The notes under the pieces were generated by a model, which searched no databases, was not told the DNA's origin, and saw only the letters and a list, made by a program, of their open reading frames with translations. Below are positions 58,384-64,000 of a stretch of 64,000 bases of DNA, piece after piece. The stretch comes from an uncultured Gammaproteobacteria bacterium (GTDB taxonomy: Bacteria; Patescibacteriota; Patescibacteriia; Patescibacteriales; UBA12465). Within the stretch, counting starts at the first letter, position 1. Each line of letters starts with the position of its first letter. Where the stretch lies: assembly GCA_964588465.1 (NCBI GenBank), contig CAZPPL010000001.1, forward strand, positions 50,782 through 114,781, given 5' to 3'. The position numbers and the translations under genes were made by a program.

Positions 58384-60108
58384 TTAAATATTTTCTCGCC
58401 GTTCACGGACATATTTAGTCCAATCATCAGCTATTTCTACTAAAAGTTTAAAGGGAGACTCAATGATAAAATCAAAAAAGAAAATAAAAATATTAATTTT
58501 AGAAAAATTACTAGAAAGCCAGCGACCTACCAGAATCATGGGCATATAGAATAAATCTAGAAAAAAGGTAAGAATATTCTCTTTACGCTCTACCACTATT
58601 AATTCTTTAACATCGGCCGTGGTCCGCACTCCAAAAAAACTAACCAGGGCTAAAAAGAATAAAAATATAATAATACTTATCCAGGTAAAGTTCATCTTAT
58701 TTAATACCAATACAATATAATAAATAGATACTAAAAAGGCGGCTACATAAATTAGTCTGAATAATCCATCTTTTAGCCAATTACGTCGATGCGGACGGCG
58801 CAAAACTATAGCTTTCTTCCTAGCTTCCTTAACAAAGCTCATCTCTTTAATACCTTCCACAATCTTTATAGTATTTTTTTCGCTAGGACGTCTAGTCAAT
58901 AAGACAATAACGAATAAAAGCAATACTGGAAAAGATATGTTTATAGCTAAAGTAATTATATTCAAAGGTTCGCCTAAAAATTTAATAGCCGGAACTTCAA
59001 TTAAAATAACAAAAATTGATTTAGTCAAAAAGATATAAATAAGACTACGCACTGCTACTCGCCATAAACGTTTTTTAGCCTTTTCATATTTTTTAATACA
59101 AACCTTGCGGATCATGGACACAAAATTCCTTTCATCCTTTTGTAGCTCATTATAGACTTTAACTGGATTAGTAGTAATGGTTTCCACTAAAATAGAAGCA
59201 TACAAAGAATTAGCACGGATAATTTTATCTAATTGTTTACCAATGGGAAGTTTAATTTGATCTTCAACTACTTTTTTTAATTTAGAAAAACCTTCGGCAA
59301 TAATTTTTATCCTTTGAAAATCTTCTTTATTTAGAACCTCTCGTAAGTTAAGACCCAACCAGCTGGGATTATAATATTTGAACAAAGTAAAGGCTAGCAT
59401 GTCGGCATCAAACTTTAAAAAATTGCGATTGATACTCAAATAAATCTGTAAATCTAACTCGGATTTATTAAGTAAACCTGATGGTGCTTGAATCTTTTTA
59501 GATAATACTTCAAAAAGATTTTTAACAATAATTTGTTTAACCTGATTAGGAGCTAAATTCTCTTCAATTTCACAAGCAGCTAGAGTAAGTAGCCAATGAA
59601 TCAAACTATTTTTTTTATTAATCAGATCTTTAGCTTTATTAATATCCGCTCGAATGTTTAATTCAGCATTAATATTAGAAGAAATTTGATTCTTCAGCAC
59701 AATATATTTCTCCAACATAACGCTTAACTCTTGAATTTTAGTTTCGGGAATTTGATTATTAGATAAATAACTCCCCCTAATGAGTTCAATCAAAAGGTGT
59801 TCAGCAATTTTAGTACTGTCTACATCTTTTACAACCCCCTCAATTACAATTTGACGTCGTAAAATACGTGCAATAGCATTCTTGCGCAATAGGTGCTCTT
59901 CATCATAATCTACGGCATTTCTAATTTTTTCGTAAAAAAAAGACAAACCAGAAATTAGAGTAGAAACTTTAATACATGGAACATCTTCAATCCGCTCTTC
60001 AGATTTATTCTGTTCCGCATAAATTACTTGAAATAATCTTTTAGTATTTTCATTGACTTCTACCGGCTGATCGTCTTTAGAATGTTTGATTAAATTAGGA
60101 CTAACCAT
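58384..60108 (-). CDS. Hypothetical membrane protein with large soluble N-domain
   Basis: 574 aa; YEKIRNAVDYDEEHLLRKNAI; four to six C-terminal TMs; ends DFIIESPFK...W..YVRE. Confidence 0.75.
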   Translation of the reverse strand: MVSPNLIKHSKDDQPVEVNENTKRLFQVIYAEQNKSEERIEDVPCIKVSTLISGLSFFYEKIRNAVDYDEEHLLRKNAIARILRRQIVIEGVVKDVDSTKIAEHLLIELIRGSYLSNNQIPETKIQELSVMLEKYIVLKNQISSNINAELNIRADINKAKDLINKKNSLIHWLLTLAACEIEENLAPNQVKQIIVKNLFEVLSKKIQAPSGLLNKSELDLQIYLSINRNFLKFDADMLAFTLFKYYNPSWLGLNLREVLNKEDFQRIKIIAEGFSKLKKVVEDQIKLPIGKQLDKIIRANSLYASILVETITTNPVKVYNELQKDERNFVSMIRKVCIKKYEKAKKRLWRVAVRSLIYIFLTKSIFVILIEVPAIKFLGEPLNIITLAINISFPVLLLFVIVLLTRRPSEKNTIKIVEGIKEMSFVKEARKKAIVLRRPHRRNWLKDGLFRLIYVAAFLVSIYYIVLVLNKMNFTWISIIIFLFFLALVSFFGVRTTADVKELIVVERKENILTFFLDLFYMPMILVGRWLSSNFSKINIFIFFFDFIIESPFKLLVEIADDWTKYVRERRENI

Positions 60109-60228
60109 AAATAAACTATCAATTATAAAATATGAATTATAGATATTGACTCTATAATTGTATCGTGTTTACTGGTAAAAAGCAACTTTTGGAGTTAAAA
60201 AAATAAAATTATTAAAAAATACATACTC

Positions 60229-60257
60229 TTGACAAACTATAGCGGTTTTTGTATTAT
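60229..60257 (+). promoter_or_regulatory. Promoter of secE-nusG
   Basis: TTGACA, 17-nt spacer, TATTAT. Confidence 0.6.
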
Positions 60258-60307
60258 TTAGATAGATAAAAATTTGGCCTAGAAGGCTTTTTTTTAAATA
60301 TTAATAT

Positions 60308-60493
60308 ATGAACAAAATTATAAATTATCTTAAAGAATCTACCGAAGAGATGAAGAAAGTTACTTGGCCTACTAAAAAAGAGACCTACAACTACACTTGG
60401 TTAGTTATTGGTATTAGTATTGGAGTAGCAATATTCTTAGGAATCTTAGATTTTATTTTTACTCAAGGTTTCCAATTCATTATATACAAATAA
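60308..60493 (+). CDS. secE: Preprotein translocase subunit SecE
   Basis: EMKKVTWPT plus one TM; precedes nusG. Confidence 0.95.
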   Translation: MNKIINYLKESTEEMKKVTWPTKKETYNYTWLVIGISIGVAIFLGILDFIFTQGFQFIIYK

Positions 60494-60531
60494 TAAATAT
60501 ATAAAACAGGATCATTTCTTATCAAAATTTT

Positions 60532-61077
60532 ATGGCTAAACAACTTTTAAACCAAGGCCGACGTTGGTATGTAATACATACTTATTCCGGCTATGAAGAA
60601 AATGTTACCCAAAATTTAAAACAAAGGGTAGAATCTTTGGATATGGAGGATAAAATTTTTAATATTCTAATTCCTACTGAGAAAAAGATTAAAATTAAAA
60701 ATGGAAAGCGTCGAGTGATAGAAGAAAAAATCTTTCCTGGTTATATTCTAGTAGAAATGGAAGTGACCGATGAATCTTGGTATATTGTACGTAATACTCC
60801 TAATGTTACCGGATTCATAGGGACTGGAACCATCCCCACCCCTATTAGTGAAGTAGAAATAAAATCTCTACAGAAAAGAATGGGAGTAGAAGATCCTAAA
60901 TTCCAGATTGATGTAGTAGTAGGTAGTCCAGTACATATTAATGAAGGTCCCTTTAAAAATATGGAAGGCAAGGTTACCGCTGTAGATGAAGCTAAGGGTA
61001 AAATTAAGGTTTCAGTTTCCATGTTTGGTCGGGAAACTCCGGTAGAATTAGACTTTCTACAAATTAAAAAATTATAA
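60532..61077 (+). CDS. nusG: Transcription factor NusG
   Basis: WYVIHTYSGYE, FPGY, GPF (KOW), FGRETPVEL. Confidence 0.98.
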   Translation: MAKQLLNQGRRWYVIHTYSGYEENVTQNLKQRVESLDMEDKIFNILIPTEKKIKIKNGKRRVIEEKIFPGYILVEMEVTDESWYIVRNTPNVTGFIGTGTIPTPISEVEIKSLQKRMGVEDPKFQIDVVVGSPVHINEGPFKNMEGKVTAVDEAKGKIKVSVSMFGRETPVELDFLQIKKL

Positions 61078-61164
61078 AATCAAACAAAATATAAGATTGA
61101 AGATTATATAATTGGCTTCTAAATTTAATAATATTCAATCTGTAAAATCTAATTTAAAATTTAT

Positions 61165-61587
61165 ATGGCTAAAAAAATAAAAACTAAAATAAAATTACAA
61201 ATTCCTGGTGGTCAAGCTAATCCTGCCCCTCCAGTTGGTCCAGCTTTAGGTCAACATGGTCTTAACATCGCCCAATTCTGTAAAGAATTTAATGACAAAA
61301 CTAAAGACCATATTGGTGATATTATCCCCGTGGAAATTACTGTATATGAGGATCGTAGTTATGATTTTATCTTAAAAACTACACCAGCTGCCGAATTGAT
61401 AAAAAAGGCTGCGGGAATAAAAAAAGGATCTAGTAAGTCATTGCTGGAAAAAGTTGGAAAAATTAGTCCTAGTCAGCTAGAAGAGATAGCTAAAATAAAG
61501 ATGCCAGATTTAAATGCTAATGATATTGAAGCGGCTAAAAAAATTATTGCTGGCACAGTACGACAAATGGGAGTAGAAATTAAATAA
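61165..61587 (+). CDS. rplK: 50S ribosomal protein L11
   Basis: [22 protein letters not shown]. Confidence 0.98.
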   Translation: MAKKIKTKIKLQIPGGQANPAPPVGPALGQHGLNIAQFCKEFNDKTKDHIGDIIPVEITVYEDRSYDFILKTTPAAELIKKAAGIKKGSSKSLLEKVGKISPSQLEEIAKIKMPDLNANDIEAAKKIIAGTVRQMGVEIK

Positions 61588-61600
61588 TTAACTCACAATT

Positions 61601-61639
61601 GTGGGAGTTTGTGAACTAAAAATTTCAAACGTTAACCAC
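61601..61639 (+). ncRNA. Putative L1-binding autoregulatory RNA between rplK and rplA
   Basis: GTGG-GAG-TTTG...CAAAC-GTTA-ACCAC: two stems around an asymmetric GGAG / TAACC internal loop. Confidence 0.6.
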
Positions 61640-61650
61640 GACTAAATTAT

Positions 61651-62388
61651 ATGAATGCAAAAAATAGTAAACTAAAATTAAACACTAAAGATAAAGTAAA
61701 AAAAATACAAAAAACTAACAAAAAAATTGATTATTCTGCTATATATAATTCCAGTAAATCATATTCCGCTAAGGAAGCTTTAGAAATTGTTAAAAAACTA
61801 AACAAAGCTAAATTTGATGCTAGTGTAGAAATTCATTTTCGTTTAGGTATTGATGCTAAAAAAGGAGATCAACAAGTCAGAGGTGCGGTCAGTTTGCCAC
61901 ATGGTACTGGTAAAAATATCAAAATCGCTGCTTTTGTATCACCCGAGAATGAAGCTAGTGCTAAAGCGGCTGGTGCAGATTTAGTAGGTAGTGAGGATTT
62001 AATAAATGAAATTAAAAAAACTGAAAAAACTGATTTTCAAGTGGCTATTGCTGAACCAAGCTTGATGAGGAATTTAGCAGTAATCGCTAAAATATTAGGT
62101 ACTAGAGGACTAATGCCTTCACCAAAAAATGATACCATAACGGTTCATCCAGCAAAAACAATAGAAGAATTAAAGAAAGGTAAAATTAGTTTTAAAAATG
62201 ATGATACTGCTAATGTTCATGCCATTATTGGTAAAATAAGTTTTGATTCTAAAAAATTATTAGAAAACTACGAAGCTATACTTAATACAGTTAAAAAAGC
62301 TAGACCTAGTAGCACTAAGGGAACTTATATTAAAAATATAAGTCTATCTTCCTCTATGAGTCCAGGGGTTAGAGTTATTGCTTCTTAA
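61651..62388 (+). CDS. rplA: 50S ribosomal protein L1
   Basis: KFDASVE, DQQVRG, LPHGTGK, LGTRGLMPSPK. Confidence 0.97.
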   Translation: MNAKNSKLKLNTKDKVKKIQKTNKKIDYSAIYNSSKSYSAKEALEIVKKLNKAKFDASVEIHFRLGIDAKKGDQQVRGAVSLPHGTGKNIKIAAFVSPENEASAKAAGADLVGSEDLINEIKKTEKTDFQVAIAEPSLMRNLAVIAKILGTRGLMPSPKNDTITVHPAKTIEELKKGKISFKNDDTANVHAIIGKISFDSKKLLENYEAILNTVKKARPSSTKGTYIKNISLSSSMSPGVRVIAS

Positions 62389-62419
62389 TAATACTTTAAT
62401 TCGTTCCCTTAAATATCTG

Positions 62420-62456
62420 TAAATAAAATACCTATCTTAAATAGGTATTTTATTTA
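62420..62456. terminator. Bidirectional terminator after rplA
   Basis: TAAATAAAATACCTAT-CTTAA-ATAGGTATTTTATTTA. Confidence 0.8.
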
Positions 62457-62503
62457 TAATACTAAAAAACAAAAGGAAACTGAGCAAACTATATAATTAA
62501 AGG

Positions 62504-63184
62504 CTAAAGTAAATCACTATTAATTTCTTGAGAAATCTCTTTTACTAAATTATGTTGAATTTTCATTTCCCTGTTAGCCATGGATTTGGCAACTGATAAA
62601 TTTAATTGCTGACCATCACCAAGTATATGTTCTTTTTTTAGAAATTCAATTGAATCTATTATAGATGATTTACTGAATTTGCCACAATAAAGAAAAACTT
62701 TAATAAAACCGGCTAAACCAATATCGGCAATTAAATCTGCATCTTGAAGAATTTTAAGTTCCAAGGATCTCACTTTAAGTTTATTCCCCCTTAAATTATG
62801 ATGTTCAATTAAATAAGCTACTTCTTCAATAAATTCTGGGGAATGCCCCAATTTTTTAAGAAATCTCTTGGCAATAGGAACCCCTAACTTGGGATGTCTA
62901 TACCATTCCTCAGAAGCATTCTCTAAAACATCATAGCTATTAAACACTTTAGAAGTTTTCAGTTTTATCTTCCCCACATCATGTAAAATAGCGGCAACTA
63001 ATACTTGTTCTTTCTTTACTGTCCTATTTAGTTTCTTAATAATCTCTCTGGCCGATTCATAAACTCTCAGCGTGTAATAGGTTTCATCAAAAGGACCATG
63101 TCTAAAATAATTTGTTTTATTAAACTTATCTCTAACAAACTGATATATTAACTTATAATCAGGTCGTTTATCTATTGAATTCAT
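62504..63184 (-). CDS. HD domain protein
   Basis: AAILHDVGK, H..G, IEHH, LQDADLI; the first His position reads YTLRV. Confidence 0.85.
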   Translation of the reverse strand: MNSIDKRPDYKLIYQFVRDKFNKTNYFRHGPFDETYYTLRVYESAREIIKKLNRTVKKEQVLVAAILHDVGKIKLKTSKVFNSYDVLENASEEWYRHPKLGVPIAKRFLKKLGHSPEFIEEVAYLIEHHNLRGNKLKVRSLELKILQDADLIADIGLAGFIKVFLYCGKFSKSSIIDSIEFLKKEHILGDGQQLNLSVAKSMANREMKIQHNLVKEISQEINSDLL

Positions 63185-63193
63185 ATTAATATT

Positions 63194-63330
63194 ATTTAAA
63201 AAAATAGTATATAAAATCTACTTTCAATTAAAAAATTAAATTTTACTTAATGCTTAAGCATACGAAAAACTTCGCCGACTTTCTTTTTTATAAATTTAAT
63301 TTTTATTAAACCTTATATACTTTATTATTA
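63194..63330 (-). mobile_element. Eroded attC-like site
   Basis: On -: TAATAAT-A-AAGTATATAA...TTATATACTA-TTTT-TTTAAAT; same geometry as the intact site but AAC and GTT are lost. Confidence 0.35.
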
Positions 63331-63341
63331 GATATAATTTT

Positions 63342-63665
63342 TTATTTTTCTTTTTTTAGCCATTCTTTGCTTATCCATTTCTTATTAATTGCTTCTTCTA
63401 AATCAATACCTAGAAGCTGAGCATTAACCATTGCCATACCAACAACATCAGCGAGCTCTTTTGCCAATTCTCTCTTTGAAATGCTCTTCGCAACATATTT
63501 TTCTGGACGACTCTTTTTTCTATGAATCAAAACAGCTTGTGAAAATTCACCAACTTCCTCATATAATTTTATCAATGCGAAATCTTCGTCAATTTTTATA
63601 TTATATTTTTTACCATAACGAATAGCATTTTCTACTACTTTTTGTTGTATATCTTTAAATTTCAT
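63342..63665 (-). CDS. MazG-like nucleotide pyrophosphohydrolase
   Basis: KLYEEVGE...ELADV (ExxE...ExxD), IDLEEAINKK. Confidence 0.88.
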   Translation of the reverse strand: MKFKDIQQKVVENAIRYGKKYNIKIDEDFALIKLYEEVGEFSQAVLIHRKKSRPEKYVAKSISKRELAKELADVVGMAMVNAQLLGIDLEEAINKKWISKEWLKKEK

Positions 63666-63688
63666 AAAAAAGAATTAAAAATTATTTC

Positions 63689-63778
63689 CGCTAACCTTTC
63701 GACATATCTAAAGTTGCGATAACAATTTAGGAGAATATTTTTCTAATAAAAGTGCAAACTAGATATACCGTGTTATGC
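63689..63778 (-). mobile_element. attC-like integron cassette recombination site (90 bp)
   Basis: On -: GCATAAC-A-CGGTATATCTA...TAGATATGTCG-AAAG-GTTAGCG; AAC/GTT core ends, imperfect palindrome, between co-oriented ORFs. Confidence 0.65.
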
Positions 63779-63792
63779 GATGTTTTTTGTAA

Positions 63793-63999
63793 TTAATATA
63801 TATTATTTTCTGATTCAATATTGTTAAGACCTAAATCCCAAACATCTTTTCCTTTTTTCCAAACTTTGAATTTTTTATTCCAAATTGATTCATCAGTAAG
63901 TTCCCCTTTAAATAGAACTAAATCTTTGCTGGAAGGGTCCATTCTATACCAAATATTATTTAAATTTATCTCAACAATAGAGTGTGTATCATCATCTTC
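63793..63999 (-). CDS. C-terminal part of a transglutaminase-like protein (runs off the window)
   Basis: ...THSIVEINLNNIWYRMDPS...GKDVWDLG...*; the H-xx-VE...W-xxx-DP pattern is typical of the fold. Confidence 0.55.
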   Translation of the reverse strand, partial: EDDDTHSIVEINLNNIWYRMDPSSKDLVLFKGELTDESIWNKKFKVWKKGKDVWDLGLNNIESENNIY

Positions 64000-64000
64000 A

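Noticed and set aside
60110-60307. tRNA (often Trp) upstream of secE
   Set aside because: No cloverleaf or T-loop GTTCRA motif; only a promoter and a tiny GCC/GGC hairpin.
61094-61141. Long hairpin before rplK as the L1 operator
   Set aside because: AGATTGAA/TTCAATCT stem is real but lacks the GGAG/ACC internal loop; the better candidate is at 61601-61639.
1430-63625. Short antisense ORFs in the track (e.g. 1430-1675, 13183-13524, 47562-47921, 51631-51942, 60741-61022)
   Set aside because: They lie opposite well-supported genes and have no motifs; treated as shadow ORFs.
1-64000. Alternative genetic code (TGA=Gly as in Gracilibacteria/SR1)
   Set aside because: Long genes are intact in code 11, TGA is not seen inside them, and it ends uvrC and tsaC.

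Overview
AT-rich bacterial chromosomal DNA in genetic code 11 (TGA terminates uvrC and tsaC). The gene repertoire and several unannotated conserved-looking proteins suggest Patescibacteria/CPR (Parcubacteria, Falkowbacteria-like); this placement is an inference. Layout: 0-15 kb accessory membrane/ion-homeostasis block (cfa, DUF1861, SPFH, PAP2, GT2, deacetylase, DedA, a P2A-type ATPase, a TMEM65-like protein, a P3A H+-ATPase); 15-20.5 kb MacAB-type efflux operon with MarR and a palindromic operator; 20.8-24.3 kb secreted proteins including a six-repeat surface protein; 24.5-30.5 kb a streamlined uvrB-GNAT-uvrA-uvrC operon; rplJL with its L10 leader; envelope and housekeeping genes; a single xer gene with an adjacent dif-like site where gene orientation flips from + to -; a - strand block (ftsQ-like, alr, serS, dnaX, VirD4-like ATPase, ferredoxin, pyrG, S41 protease, tsaC, cvpA, metG, rsmI); secE-nusG-rplK-rplA; and at the right edge three - strand genes separated by one intact and one eroded attC-like site. 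Best leads: the attC cassette array, the TagA-RppH fusion, the TMEM65-like gene between two P-type ATPases, coordinated domain loss in UvrA/B/C, the xer-linked dif-like site, a candidate dnaX -1 frameshift, and a CorA with AMR instead of GMN. I saw no rRNA, tRNA, CRISPR or IS. Family calls come from motif recognition by eye, not database searches.
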